Virus record (IMG/VR): IMGVR_UViG_2721755486_000001
Location: 130,883 to 194,882 of that record
Length of the DNA: 64,000 nt
Reading direction: 5' to 3' (one strand)
Source of the DNA: a virus
Taxonomy: Duplodnaviria; Caudoviricetes
Positions 36,956 to 47,527 of the stretch are shown in pieces. Numbering within the stretch: the stretch's first letter is position 1; each line of letters opens with the position of its first letter. Made by a program: the position numbers and the translations under genes. The notes under the pieces are model-generated. The model was not told the origin of the DNA. It ran no database searches and saw only the letters and a program-made list of their open reading frames with translations.

Positions 36956-38565
36956 CTGTGAAAGCCACCCTGTTGGATCGCCTGATCGGCCACTTCGCCC
37001 CGGCCAGAGGCCTGCGGCGCATGGCGGCGCGCGCGCACTACGACCGGGCGCGCGAGATCGCGCGCGGCTTCGACGGCGCCAGCCTGCGCGGCCCGCGCGG
37101 CGCCGGCCGGCAGCCGGGCGGCGGCAGCGGCAATGCCGAGCTGGTACCGGCGCTGGCGCGGCTGCGCAACCGCAGCCGCGACCTGGTGCGTAACAACGGC
37201 TACATCAAGCGCGCGCTCAATGTACTGGTGCAGAACGCGATCAGCAGCACCGGCATCGTGCCCAAGTACGAGAACCCGGCACACGGCGCGCTGTGGAGCC
37301 GATGGGCGCGCCAGTGCGATGCCGGCGAGCAGCTCAACCTGGCGGGCATCCAGGCCCAGCTCGCGCGCGCCGCATGGGAGTCCGGCGAGGTGCTGCTGCG
37401 CTTCGAGTACTGCCCGCCGGAGGCCGGGTTGGAAGTGCCACTGCAACTGCGGGTGCTGGAGGCAGACCATCTCGATACCAGCCGTACCGGCCCGGTCGAT
37501 GGCGGTTTTTGCATCGCGGGCGTGCAGTTCAACCTCAAGGGCAAGCGCACAGGCTACTGGCTGTTCGACCACCATCCAGGCGAAGTCGAGGCGGTGCCCC
37601 GGTCCTGGGTGAGCCGCTTCGTGCCGGCCGCGGACATCATCCACCTCTATCGGGTCATCGACCGCCCCGGCACGGTGCGCGGCCTGCCTCACTTTGCGGT
37701 CAGCATCTGGCGCGCGCGTGACCTGGGCGAGTACCAGGAGGCCGAGCTGGTGCGCAAGAAGATCGAGGCCTGCTTTGCCGCCTTCGTCTGGATGGAGGGG
37801 GATGGCTTCCAGGGCGTCGGCGCCGGCGGCATCACGCCCGTGCCGGGTGGCGGCGCCGGGCGTCAACCGCCCAGGCTCGAAGGCATGCAGCCAGGCTCGA
37901 TCAACTACCTGCGTGCCGGGGAGCGGGTCGAGTTTGCGTCGCCAGCGGCCAGCGAGGGCTACGAGGAGCATGTGCGCGTCGACCTGCGCGCGATTGCGGC
38001 CGGCTCCGACATCACCTATGAGCAGCTGACCGGCGACTATTCGCAGGTCAACTTCACCAGCGGCCGGATGGGAAAGATCGAGTTCCGCGCCATGGTCGAG
38101 CAGTTCCAGTGGCTGGAGTTCATTCCCATGGTGATGGAACGTATCGCCGAGCGGTTCGCCCTGGCGGCCTACCTGGCTGGCAAGCTGCCACGGCCAGGCC
38201 TGCGACCGGACGACTGGACCGCGCCACGTATTCCCTTGCTCGACCCCTACCGCGAAGCGCAAGGCTACGCCGTCATGGTGGAACAGGGCTTCATGTCGCG
38301 ACACGAGGTGGTGCGTGAGCTGGGTTATATCCCCCTGCAGGTGGACGAGGAGATCGAGACCGACCCGCTGCGAAACGCGCTGGGCGGCCGGGCACGCGAT
38401 GCCAGCGATGCCGACGCGGACGACGGCGACCGCAAGCCGAACAAGGCGAGCGAGAAGGAAAGGGCCCGTCCGCCAGCGAAGCGCAAGCGATCGCTCGGCA
38501 ACCTGCCGAACGATGACCAACCCACGCCCGAGCGCCCGTCTCGGGCGTTTTTCCTTGGGGAGTAG
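36952..38565 (+). CDS. Portal protein (lambda family)
   Basis: LRNRSRDLVRNN, LRVLEADHL, YEQLTGDYSQVNFTS. Confidence 0.95.
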   Translation: MTVKATLLDRLIGHFAPARGLRRMAARAHYDRAREIARGFDGASLRGPRGAGRQPGGGSGNAELVPALARLRNRSRDLVRNNGYIKRALNVLVQNAISSTGIVPKYENPAHGALWSRWARQCDAGEQLNLAGIQAQLARAAWESGEVLLRFEYCPPEAGLEVPLQLRVLEADHLDTSRTGPVDGGFCIAGVQFNLKGKRTGYWLFDHHPGEVEAVPRSWVSRFVPAADIIHLYRVIDRPGTVRGLPHFAVSIWRARDLGEYQEAELVRKKIEACFAAFVWMEGDGFQGVGAGGITPVPGGGAGRQPPRLEGMQPGSINYLRAGERVEFASPAASEGYEEHVRVDLRAIAAGSDITYEQLTGDYSQVNFTSGRMGKIEFRAMVEQFQWLEFIPMVMERIAERFALAAYLAGKLPRPGLRPDDWTAPRIPLLDPYREAQGYAVMVEQGFMSRHEVVRELGYIPLQVDEEIETDPLRNALGGRARDASDADADDGDRKPNKASEKERARPPAKRKRSLGNLPNDDQPTPERPSRAFFLGE

Positions 38566-38567
38566 CA

Positions 38568-40646
38568 ATGCCAGTATCGAAGAACGCCGGCACGCAGGAC
38601 ATGCCGCTGGTCACGCGCCTGGCGCCGGTCACCGTGGCCGATCGCGAGCGCCGCACCGTCACCGCGAGGTGGACGGCCGGGGCGCGCGTGCGCCGTTACG
38701 ACTGGATGCGCGAGCGGGCTTACCAGGAGGAGCTGAGCCTGGACCCCGCACACGTCAGGATGGCGCGCCTGCAGTCCGGCGCGGCACCGTTCCTCAACAG
38801 CCACTCGACCTGGGGCATTTCCAGCGTCCTCGGTGTGATCGAGACGGCCACGCTCGGCGATGACGCCAGCGCCTCCATCCGCTTTTCCCGCCGGGACGAA
38901 GTGGAGCCGATCTATCAGGACGTGCTCGACGGGATCCTGCGCAACGTCTCGGTCGGTGCCCGCCTGCACCGCGTGGAGATGATCCCGCCGAACACCGAGG
39001 GCAACGACGAGTGGATCTACCGGGCGGTCGACTGGGAGCCGCTGGAGGTCTCCCTGGTTGCCATCGGGGCTGATCCGGGCGCCGTCATCCGAACCGAGAA
39101 CGGCGCTCCCAGCGAGCGCGAGAAGCTCTTCCCATGCGAGTTCATCGAACGAGCCGCATCCACCCCCCGCGAGGCTGCCGCCTCTCAATCCGAAGGAGAA
39201 ACCATGACCATCACGACCCCGGCGGCCGACCCAGGCCAGGCCGCTACCCAGCGCGCACATGAGGGCCAGCCGCCGACCGCAGCACACGCCACGGCACCGG
39301 CTGCGTCCCCTGCGCCAGCCGCGGGCGACGGCGCCGATTCGAGCGATTCGGTCCGCGCCGCCGAGCGCCAGCGCCAGCGCGAGATCCGCGAAGTCGTGCG
39401 CGGCTCGACCCTGGAATGCGCCGAGACCCTGATCGACGAGTACGTCGACCGTGGCATGGCAATCGACGCCGTGCGTACCGACGTGCTGCGCCGCCTGGCC
39501 GAGCGTACCAATGCCACCACCATCCGTTCGGTGGGCGGCAACCGGATCGAGACCACGCAGGACGAGACCGAGGTGCGGCGCGAGGCCATGACGGCCGCGC
39601 TGATCCATCGCATCAACCCCAGTACGACCCTGACCGACAGCGCGCGCGAGTACCGGGGCATGACCCTGCGCGAACTGTCTCGCGATGCGCTGGAGCGCGC
39701 CGGCATCTCGACGCGCGGCATGTCCGTCAACGAGCTGGCGGGCACGGCGCTGGGCCTCACGCAGCGCGGGGCCTACCACGCCACCGGCGACCTGCCGCTG
39801 GTCTTCGGCGGGGTGATCGCGCGCACCATGCGCGAGGCCTATACCACTGCGCCAAAGACCTTTGATCGCTGGGCCCGCCGGGGCACTCTGTCGGACTTCC
39901 GGCCGGTGACGCGCGTGGCCTTCGACGCCGCGGTGCAGTTCGAGCGCATCCGGGAGAGTGGCGAGTACAAGTACGGCAAGCTGATGGAAGGCGGCGAGGT
40001 CATCCAGCTCGGCACCTACGGCAAGGCGGTCGCGTTCACGCGCCAGATGATCATCAATGACGATCTCTCCGCGCTGCAGCGCCTGCCGCTGTTCTTCGGC
40101 CGCGCCGCCGCGGACATGGAGTCGGACCTGGTGTATGCCTGCCTGCTCGATAACCCCAAGCTGGCGGACGGCAAGCCGCTGTTCCACGCCGACCACAAGA
40201 ACGTGGGCGCTGGCGCGGCCATCGGCATCGATTCGCTGTCCGAGGCCCGCGTGGCGCTGCGCACCCAGAAGTCGCCGGCGGGCGGCACGCTAAACCTGCT
40301 GCCCAAGTACCTGCTCGTGCCCGCCGCGCTGGAAACCGCGGCCTGGCAGTACACCAGCGGCGCCTATGTGCCGAACGTCGCGCTGCAGCAGAACCCCTTT
40401 GTGGGCGCGCTGGAGCCCATCGTGGAGGCACGCCTGGATGCCGCTGACCCGAAGGCCTGGTATCTGCTCGCGGACCCGGCCCAGATCGACACGGTGGAGT
40501 ACTGCTACCTGGAGGGGGAGGAGGGGCTCTACACCGAGCAGCACATCGACTTCGACGTCGACGGCGTGAAGGTCAAGGGGCGCATCGACTTCGTCTCCAA
40601 GGCGATCGACCATCGCGGCCTGTGGCGCAACCCCGGCGCCAAGTAA
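38568..40646 (+). CDS. Prohead protease / major capsid fusion protein
   Basis: N-terminal protease (APFLNSH, RNVSVG, WEPLEVSLV) joined to capsid domain (RQMIINDDL, DHRGLWRNPG). Confidence 0.9.
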   Translation: MPVSKNAGTQDMPLVTRLAPVTVADRERRTVTARWTAGARVRRYDWMRERAYQEELSLDPAHVRMARLQSGAAPFLNSHSTWGISSVLGVIETATLGDDASASIRFSRRDEVEPIYQDVLDGILRNVSVGARLHRVEMIPPNTEGNDEWIYRAVDWEPLEVSLVAIGADPGAVIRTENGAPSEREKLFPCEFIERAASTPREAAASQSEGETMTITTPAADPGQAATQRAHEGQPPTAAHATAPAASPAPAAGDGADSSDSVRAAERQRQREIREVVRGSTLECAETLIDEYVDRGMAIDAVRTDVLRRLAERTNATTIRSVGGNRIETTQDETEVRREAMTAALIHRINPSTTLTDSAREYRGMTLRELSRDALERAGISTRGMSVNELAGTALGLTQRGAYHATGDLPLVFGGVIARTMREAYTTAPKTFDRWARRGTLSDFRPVTRVAFDAAVQFERIRESGEYKYGKLMEGGEVIQLGTYGKAVAFTRQMIINDDLSALQRLPLFFGRAAADMESDLVYACLLDNPKLADGKPLFHADHKNVGAGAAIGIDSLSEARVALRTQKSPAGGTLNLLPKYLLVPAALETAAWQYTSGAYVPNVALQQNPFVGALEPIVEARLDAADPKAWYLLADPAQIDTVEYCYLEGEEGLYTEQHIDFDVDGVKVKGRIDFVSKAIDHRGLWRNPGAK

Positions 40647-40748
40647 GCCTCGGCAACCGGGATCGGCGGGGCACCGGCGATTCCACTTCAGCGGCGGCAT
40701 GCCAGCACGGCATGGCCGCCGTTTTCATTTGCGAGAGAGGAAAGCAGC

Positions 40749-41084
40749 ATGCGGAACTACATCCAACCGGGCAAGTTTCTGACCTATGCCCACAACGCGG
40801 CCGTCACGCCAGGCCAGGCGCTGCTGATGGGCGCACTGCTGGGCATCGCGGCCAATGCCTACGCGGCCAACGAGCCGGGCGAGTACGCGGTGGAAGGCGT
40901 CTTCGAGCTGCCGGCGGAGCCGGCGGCTGTGGCCGGCATTGGCGATAAAGCCTACTGGGACCCGGCCAAGGCGCGCATCTTCGCCGAGGCGGCCGCCGGG
41001 CGCGTGGTCGTGGGCGTGTTCGCGCAGGCCAAGGCGGCTGGCATGCCCTCCGCCGCGGTGCGGCTCAACGGCGCGGCAATCTAG
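40749..41084 (+). CDS. DUF2190 capsid cement protein
   Basis: MRNYIQPG...EGVFELP...GDKAYWD...VRLN. Confidence 0.85.
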   Translation: MRNYIQPGKFLTYAHNAAVTPGQALLMGALLGIAANAYAANEPGEYAVEGVFELPAEPAAVAGIGDKAYWDPAKARIFAEAAAGRVVVGVFAQAKAAGMPSAAVRLNGAAI

Positions 41085-41086
41085 CC

Positions 41087-41413
41087 ATGACGGCGCTGGA
41101 GCCCGGGCGTTTCTGGGATGCCTTCGCGCGGGCGGGCTTTCTGAAGCCCGCCGTCTTTCACCTGCGGGCGCGCGCGGGCCGCCCGGCGCGCGATGTGCCG
41201 CTGCCGGTCGACAGGATCGCGCTGGCCGCCGCTGCGTTCGACGGGGTGGCGCAGGGCGAGCAGGTCCGCTTGGAGTATCCCGTCGAGCTTCTGCCGGACC
41301 TCGCCCTCGATGACCACGTGACGGTGAACGATCGGCGCTACCGCGTGGCATCGCATCCGGAGCCCTTGAGCGACGGCGACTACGCGCTGGTCGAGCTGGG
41401 GGCACCGCGATGA
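41087..41413 (+). CDS. Head-tail adaptor
   Basis: Position and size; VTVNDRRYRV. Confidence 0.65.
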   Translation: MTALEPGRFWDAFARAGFLKPAVFHLRARAGRPARDVPLPVDRIALAAAAFDGVAQGEQVRLEYPVELLPDLALDDHVTVNDRRYRVASHPEPLSDGDYALVELGAPR

Positions 41414-41850
41414 GCACAGTACACGAACGCGTGTATGCGGCGGCCGTCGCCGCGGTGGCCGGGGAGGTGCCGCCGGCCGGTGTGGTGGCCGTGCATGACC
41501 GGCTGCGCCTGGCCGAGTTCAGCGTGGACGAGCTGCCGGCGGTGCGCGTGCTGCCCGGCACGGACTTGCCGGTGGACGGCATCTCGGACTGGGAGAACGT
41601 CAACGAGCTGACCGTGGAGGTCCAGCTCCTCATGGCCGGGGTCGATCAGATCGCATCGATGCCGCAGCTCCATGCGGAGATTCACCGGCGCGTGTGGGCA
41701 GACCCCACGCTCGGCGGGCTGGCCGTGCGCCCCTTCAACGGTGCCATCGATGAGCGCCGGGAGGAGTCCGACCAGCTCCGCATCCTCAAGACCTACCGCT
41801 ATCGGTGGCGGTACCGGGTCGCGGCGGATGACGCCACCGCGATCCCCTAA
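41410..41850 (+). CDS. Tail terminator-like protein
   Basis: Position; WADPTLGGLA. Confidence 0.65.
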   Translation: MSTVHERVYAAAVAAVAGEVPPAGVVAVHDRLRLAEFSVDELPAVRVLPGTDLPVDGISDWENVNELTVEVQLLMAGVDQIASMPQLHAEIHRRVWADPTLGGLAVRPFNGAIDERREESDQLRILKTYRYRWRYRVAADDATAIP

Positions 41851-41866
41851 CCAAGCAGGAGAATTC

Positions 41867-42607
41867 ATGGCTTCCCTCTTCAACAAGGCAGATTGGCACT
41901 TCGGCGCCGGCATGCTGCGTTATCTCAAGGCCGGCACCACGCCCATCCGGGTCGCGACGCTGCAGGGCATCGATGTCGACATCAGCGCCAGTTCCAAGGA
42001 ACTGATGGGCTCGCGCAACTTCGCCGAAGCCACCGCGCGCGCCGGCACCAAGATCACCGGTAAGGTCCAGGCAGGGCGCTGGGATCATCGTGTGGTGACG
42101 GAGCTGTTCTTCGGGTCGAAGGACGAGGACACCAGCGCCGGCATGGTGGTGCCCGTCGACGACGAGCCGGCCGTCATCGTTGCGGATGGCTATACCGTCG
42201 CGGGCGGCGCGAAGTTCGATATGGATATGGGCGTTCGCGACGTGGCGACCGGTGGCTTTCTGGTGCGGGTCGCGAAGGATCCGAAGGCCGGCCAGTACGC
42301 GGTGAACGAGGCGACGGGCAAGTACACCTGGGCGGCGGCCGACAAGGACAAGAAGGTGCAGATCAGCTACACCAAGATCGACGTCTCGCGCGGCGCCACC
42401 ACCCTCATTACCAACGCGGAGATGGGCGAGGTGCCGACCTTCGAGCTGATCACCTACGACCAGAAGGGGCTGTTCCTGCATCTCTATGCGGTCACCTTCA
42501 ACAAGCTGAGCCTGGCGCGCAAGAACGAGGATTTCGTCATTCCCAACATGGAATGGTCGGCCGCCGCGGATGACGTGCGCGGCGTGGGTCGGCTGAGCGG
42601 AGCGTAA
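41867..42607 (+). CDS. Major tail tube protein
   Basis: AGGAGA RBS; position; KNEDFVIP. Confidence 0.75.
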   Translation: MASLFNKADWHFGAGMLRYLKAGTTPIRVATLQGIDVDISASSKELMGSRNFAEATARAGTKITGKVQAGRWDHRVVTELFFGSKDEDTSAGMVVPVDDEPAVIVADGYTVAGGAKFDMDMGVRDVATGGFLVRVAKDPKAGQYAVNEATGKYTWAAADKDKKVQISYTKIDVSRGATTLITNAEMGEVPTFELITYDQKGLFLHLYAVTFNKLSLARKNEDFVIPNMEWSAAADDVRGVGRLSGA

Positions 42608-42610
42608 GCC

Positions 42611-42973
42611 ATGGCGACGATCCGCATTGCCGGCCAGGAGCACGACCTGGAGGCCGCCAAGCCCCTGCGCGAAGGCTCGCAGCCTGTGACGCTGCAGGGC
42701 ACGCGGCTGATGATGCCGCCGCCGCTGTACACGCTGCAGCTGGCCATGATCGATGTGCAGGCCGGCTACGCCGCCGGCACCGTGTCGGCGAAGGAGATGG
42801 CAGAGCAGGAGCTGGGCAGCCTGGTGGCCACGCTGCGGCGCAACTACCCAGGCCTGCCCGATGCCTGGGTGGCGGAATGGGATGCGCGCGACATCTGGGC
42901 GCTGCGCACGGCCTACATTCAGGCGGGACAGCCGCCGCAGGAGGACGGCTCGGGGGAGCCGGCCAGCCGCTGA
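42611..42973 (+). CDS. Tail assembly chaperone (G-like)
   Basis: Between tail tube and tape measure; slippery G GGG GAG at 42952-42958. Confidence 0.7.
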   Translation: MATIRIAGQEHDLEAAKPLREGSQPVTLQGTRLMMPPPLYTLQLAMIDVQAGYAAGTVSAKEMAEQELGSLVATLRRNYPGLPDAWVAEWDARDIWALRTAYIQAGQPPQEDGSGEPASR

Positions 42974-43239
42974 CCCGGGAGTGGTTCGAGGAAACCGCCA
43001 TCCACCTCTGCGCCAGCCTCGGCTGGACGATGGACTACATCGAGCGCGAGCTGGATTGGCGGCGACTTCGGGCGGCCAGCCGCTACCTGACCCAGAACCC
43101 GCCAGTACACCTGCTGGTGAAGTGGTTCATGGGCCTGAAGACCGAAGACCTGCAGGCGGCCACCACTCCGGCCGACGAGGCGACCCGGCGGTCCAATTTC
43201 CTGGAGGCCTTCCGCTCGGCCGGCGGCCTCCTGAGCTGA
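42952..43239 (+). CDS. Tail assembly chaperone extension (T-like, -1 frame)
   Basis: Open -1 frame overlapping the end of G and running up to the tape measure gene. Confidence 0.55.
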   Translation, partial: GGAGQPLTREWFEETAIHLCASLGWTMDYIERELDWRRLRAASRYLTQNPPVHLLVKWFMGLKTEDLQAATTPADEATRRSNFLEAFRSAGGLLS

Positions 43240-43248
43240 GAACGACAC

Positions 43249-46077
43249 ATGAACACCAGGACGATCGATTGGGCGATCCGCGCCAATGACGCGGGCTTCG
43301 CCACCGTCATGCGAGGCGTCGTGGACTCCCTGACCGGCGTCAAGCGCGGCGGCGAGGGTGCGCGCACGGCGGTGAACAATCTCGGCGCCGCCGCCAATAC
43401 CGCCGCCGGCCAGTGGGCGCGCCACCGGCGCGAGCTGGAGACCATGTACACCGCGATGGGCAAGGTCCCGTCGAAGGAGGTCGTGGCCGAGCTGGATCGC
43501 ATCGAGAAGAAGTACCACTCGCTGGCCGAGGCCGCCGAGGACGGCAACCGGGCGGCCGCGGGCGCCATGCGCAACCTGATGTCGCAGGCGCGCTCTCTCA
43601 CGGCGTGGGACGCCATGGCCGATGCGCCGGGCAAGCGCGGCCTGCGTGGCGCGCTGGCAGACCAGACGATCACCGCCGCATCGAACAGCATGAAGCTGGC
43701 AATCGCCGGTCTGAGCGCGGGCTTGCTGGCAGCAGGCTTCGCCAATCGGATCCGCGAGCAGATCGACCTGGCCGACGCGCTGGACAAGAGCGCGCAGCGC
43801 GCGTCGATTTCGGCGCAGTCGATGTCCACGATGGTGTACGCGGCAAAGAGCGCTGCGGTGGACATGGACGGGCTGTCCGGGGCGATGGGCAAGCTCGCCA
43901 AGAGCATGTTCGATGCCGACATGGGCAACAAGCGGACCGCCGCCACTTTCCGCGCACTCGGCGTCGAGATCAAGGACGCCGACGGCAAGCTGCGCGCCAG
44001 CGATGAAACCCTGCTGGACCTGGCCGACCGCTTCTCGCAGATGCCGGAGGGCGCGCAGAAGAGCGCCCTGGCCATGGAGGTCTTTGGCAAGTCCGGGGCC
44101 AGCATCCTGCCCTTCCTGAATATGGGACGGAAGGGCATCGAGCGCCTGCGTGAGGAGGCGCGCGCACTGGGCCTGGAGATCAGCGACGAAACCGCGGCGG
44201 CGGCAGGCGAGCTGAATGACAAGCTCGAACGGATGCGCTCTGTGTCGGAGGGTATCTGGCGGCAGTTCGCGGCCAAGCTGATTCCTACGTTGAGCGCGGC
44301 GGCCGACGGACTGGGCGATACCTCGGCCAAGGGCAGCATGCTCGAGGCTTCTGTGATGGCAGTGGATGGCGCGCTGAAGGGGCTGATCATCACCGGTGCT
44401 CTGGTTGGCGCGACGCTGAAGACGACAGGAATCATCATCACCAGAGTCGCCGCAGCCTCCGTTGCGGCCGCGAGCGGGGAATTCAGCCAAGCACGTGCCA
44501 TCCTCGGAACGATGACGGAGGACGCCAGGAAGGCTGGGATCGAGTTCGAGACCTACGCCAAGAAGGTCTGGACTGGCACCAGCGGGCCGGCCGGCGTTCC
44601 CAAGCCGAAAGTGCCGGTCGACATGGACGAGATCCGCCAGTCCGGCGGCGGCACAGCGGGGGCCAAATCTCGCATGAGCGCCTGGGACAACGAGCTGGAC
44701 CAGATGAAGCTCGCCCACCAGAAGCTCACGGCGGAGCAGGGCACCTTCGTGGCGTTCAGCCGGGAGCGCGAGCGTGATTTCTGGAAGGCCAAGCTGGATG
44801 GCACGCAGATGTCCGCCGAAGAACGGTTCGCGGTCGAGAAGCGGTATCTGGCCGCGCTGCAGTCCCTCAACGGCGAAGCTTTCGCGGCCTCCATCGCGGC
44901 GCAGAAGAACCAGATGGCCGAGATGGAGCGCAATCACGTGGCGCAGCTCGCGATCGCGGAGGACATCGCCGAACGGATCCGCAAGGCCTATGGCGCGGAT
45001 TCGAAGCAGTATGCGGATGCGCAGCGCGATCTGCAGGCGGTGCAGCGCCAGGCGCTGGACCAGCGCCGCAAGCTGGAAGACCTGGCCTTGGCCGAACAGC
45101 GCAGCGCGGCGACCCAGGCCATTGCGCTCGAGCAGCAGCAAGCCCAGGTTGCCTATGACATGGGCCTGGTGAACCGCGCGCAGCTGCTCACGCTGGAAGT
45201 GGATTTCCAGGCGCGCCTGCACGAGATCAAGCGCCAGGCCCTGGAGCGCAGCCGGGAAACGATCGATCCGGAGCGCGACCCGGTGGCGTACCAGCAGGTG
45301 CTGAACCAACTGCTGGATCTGGAACGCAATTTCCAGTTGGCCCGGAGCAAGCTGGGCGCCGAGCTTTCGCTGCATGAGACGTCGCCCATCAAGAACACCT
45401 TCGATTCCTTCGAATCCGCGTTCAGCCAGGCGGCCGACGGCATGCTGAACCGGGCGCAGTCGTGGCGCCAGAGCATGGCCGGGCTGTTTGCGAGCGTCGG
45501 CTCGACCTTCGTTCAGGAGGTGGCGGTGAAGCCGACCGCCCGCTACATCGCCCAGTTGGGGCAGCGGCTGCTGGCAACGCAGAGCACCACTGCGGCGGAG
45601 ACGAGCATGGAAGCGGTGGCCGCGGGCGCGAAGACGGGGATCTCCTTCGGCGCATCGACCGCGATGGTGGCGAACAACGCTGTGGTGGCGGCATCCGGCG
45701 CGGCGGCGTCGCAGGCCCCCATCCCCTTCGTCGGGCCCGCCCTGGCCGCCGCGGCGATGGTCGCGACGCTCGCCCTGGTCATGGGCCTGGGTAGCTCGAT
45801 GCGCTCGGCGCGGGGCGGCTTCGACATTCCCGCAGGCATCAACCCGCTCACGCAACTGCACGAGGAGGAAATGGTGCTGCCGGCGCGCTATGCCAACGTG
45901 ATCCGGCAGATGGCGGGGCAGCAGGGGGAGGGCGCCGCCGGCGGCGATGGCTCGGAGGTGTTCCAGTTCAACCCGGTCATCCAGGCGATGGATGCGCGCG
46001 GCGTCGATCGCGTGCTGGAGGCCCATGGGCACAAGTTCATCGCCTATCTCAAGGACCACAAACGGAAACTCGGATGA
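43249..46077 (+). CDS. Tail tape measure protein
   Basis: 942 aa, Ala-rich helical; AMEVFGKSG; SARGGFDIP...LHEEEMVLP. Confidence 0.9.
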   Translation: MNTRTIDWAIRANDAGFATVMRGVVDSLTGVKRGGEGARTAVNNLGAAANTAAGQWARHRRELETMYTAMGKVPSKEVVAELDRIEKKYHSLAEAAEDGNRAAAGAMRNLMSQARSLTAWDAMADAPGKRGLRGALADQTITAASNSMKLAIAGLSAGLLAAGFANRIREQIDLADALDKSAQRASISAQSMSTMVYAAKSAAVDMDGLSGAMGKLAKSMFDADMGNKRTAATFRALGVEIKDADGKLRASDETLLDLADRFSQMPEGAQKSALAMEVFGKSGASILPFLNMGRKGIERLREEARALGLEISDETAAAAGELNDKLERMRSVSEGIWRQFAAKLIPTLSAAADGLGDTSAKGSMLEASVMAVDGALKGLIITGALVGATLKTTGIIITRVAAASVAAASGEFSQARAILGTMTEDARKAGIEFETYAKKVWTGTSGPAGVPKPKVPVDMDEIRQSGGGTAGAKSRMSAWDNELDQMKLAHQKLTAEQGTFVAFSRERERDFWKAKLDGTQMSAEERFAVEKRYLAALQSLNGEAFAASIAAQKNQMAEMERNHVAQLAIAEDIAERIRKAYGADSKQYADAQRDLQAVQRQALDQRRKLEDLALAEQRSAATQAIALEQQQAQVAYDMGLVNRAQLLTLEVDFQARLHEIKRQALERSRETIDPERDPVAYQQVLNQLLDLERNFQLARSKLGAELSLHETSPIKNTFDSFESAFSQAADGMLNRAQSWRQSMAGLFASVGSTFVQEVAVKPTARYIAQLGQRLLATQSTTAAETSMEAVAAGAKTGISFGASTAMVANNAVVAASGAAASQAPIPFVGPALAAAAMVATLALVMGLGSSMRSARGGFDIPAGINPLTQLHEEEMVLPARYANVIRQMAGQQGEGAAGGDGSEVFQFNPVIQAMDARGVDRVLEAHGHKFIAYLKDHKRKLG

Positions 46078-46679
46078 GCAATGCCATCTTCCCCGAGCTG
46101 GCCGGGATCCGTCCGGACCGGCCGCGCGCGCCGCGCTTCAAGACGCAGGTGCTCGAGGCGGCGAGCGGGCGCGAATTCCGCGCCTCGCGCATGGCCAATC
46201 CCATCTATCGCTTCAGCCTGGGCTTCGAGTTCCTGCGCGAGTCCAACGGGCGCGCCGAGCTGCGCACGCTGGAGGGCTTCTACCTGGCCAGGCGCGGCAG
46301 CTTCGACAGCTGGCTGTACCGCTGCGCGCACGACCGCGCCGCCGCGGACCAGCTCTTTGGCTATGGAGACGGCGCCCGCACCCAGTTCCAACTGGCGCGC
46401 AGCTACGGGGAATTCATGGAGCCCGTGCAGAACGTCGAGCAGATCCAGGGCATGCGCCGCGGGGAGCTGCTGCTGCCGGCCAGCGCCTACACCATCAGCC
46501 CGACCGGCGTGGTGCTGTTTGCGCAGCCGCCTGCCAACGGCGTGCCTTTGCGCTGGACGGGAACCTTCTTCTTTCGGTGCCGCTTCGAGTCGGACGACGT
46601 GTCGTTCGACCGGATCGCACGCAATCTGTACAAGGCGCCTCGGATCGAGTTCCGGGGCAGCCTGGGGGTCAAGCTATGA
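46074..46679 (+). CDS. DUF2460 distal tail protein
   Basis: ASGREFR, FYLARRGSF, GDGARTQFQL, CRFESD. Confidence 0.85.
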   Translation: MSNAIFPELAGIRPDRPRAPRFKTQVLEAASGREFRASRMANPIYRFSLGFEFLRESNGRAELRTLEGFYLARRGSFDSWLYRCAHDRAAADQLFGYGDGARTQFQLARSYGEFMEPVQNVEQIQGMRRGELLLPASAYTISPTGVVLFAQPPANGVPLRWTGTFFFRCRFESDDVSFDRIARNLYKAPRIEFRGSLGVKL

Positions 46680-47527
46680 GACAAGCCACGCAAGCCTTGC
46701 AAGCCCTGCTCAACAGCGGCCAGGTTGCGCGCTGCGACCTGTACACCATCCGTCTGCCGAGCTTCGCCGAGTACCGCTACACGAACGCGGACGTCGCCAT
46801 CTCGGCTGGCGGGCGGAACTTCGTGCATGACGGGCCCGAGATCCACGGCGCCAGGATGCGCCAGTCGCGCGGCCTGGATCCGGACGAGCAACGGTTGACC
46901 GTGCTGGTCAAGCCGGAGCACACCATCGGTGGCGTGTCCTGGCTGACGGCCCTGCGCTCCGGGGCGCTCGATGAGGCAGAGGTGGTGATCGAAAAGGCGT
47001 TCCTCGCCGACTGGGGCGCGCCGGCCCATGCGCTGGAGTGGTTTCGCGGCACCGTGCAGGAGGCGAGCGGCGATGACCTGGCGATCCAGCTGGCGGTGGA
47101 GAGCGACAGCGCGCGCTTCGGGCAGATGCTGCCGCGCGAGCTGTTCGGGCCAGGCTGCGTGCGCGATCTCTTCGACGCGGGCTGCGGCGTGAACAAGGCC
47201 GCCTACCGGGTCGACGCAGCCGTGACCGGCGGGAACCGCGCCCGGATCCACACCACGCTGAACAGGCCGGCCGAATGGTTCTCCCGCGGCTACCTGGTCT
47301 TCACCAGCGGCCCCAACTCGGGCGTGCGCCGCAGCGTCGTCCGCTCCGAGGCGGTGAACGGGGCGCTGGAGTTCTCCATGCCGCTTGTCTTCGATCCGCG
47401 GCCGGGCGACGCGTTCATGGCCTGGCCGGGGTGCGACAAGACCGCCGAGACGTGCGGTGCCAAATACAACAACCGCCCGCGGTTCAAGGCCACACCCTAT
47501 GTGCCGGTGCCGGAGACGGTGTTGTGA
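46676..47527 (+). CDS. DUF2163 tail hub/baseplate protein
   Basis: C..LFDAGC, GCDKTAETCGAKYNN. Confidence 0.85.
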   Translation: MRQATQALQALLNSGQVARCDLYTIRLPSFAEYRYTNADVAISAGGRNFVHDGPEIHGARMRQSRGLDPDEQRLTVLVKPEHTIGGVSWLTALRSGALDEAEVVIEKAFLADWGAPAHALEWFRGTVQEASGDDLAIQLAVESDSARFGQMLPRELFGPGCVRDLFDAGCGVNKAAYRVDAAVTGGNRARIHTTLNRPAEWFSRGYLVFTSGPNSGVRRSVVRSEAVNGALEFSMPLVFDPRPGDAFMAWPGCDKTAETCGAKYNNRPRFKATPYVPVPETVL

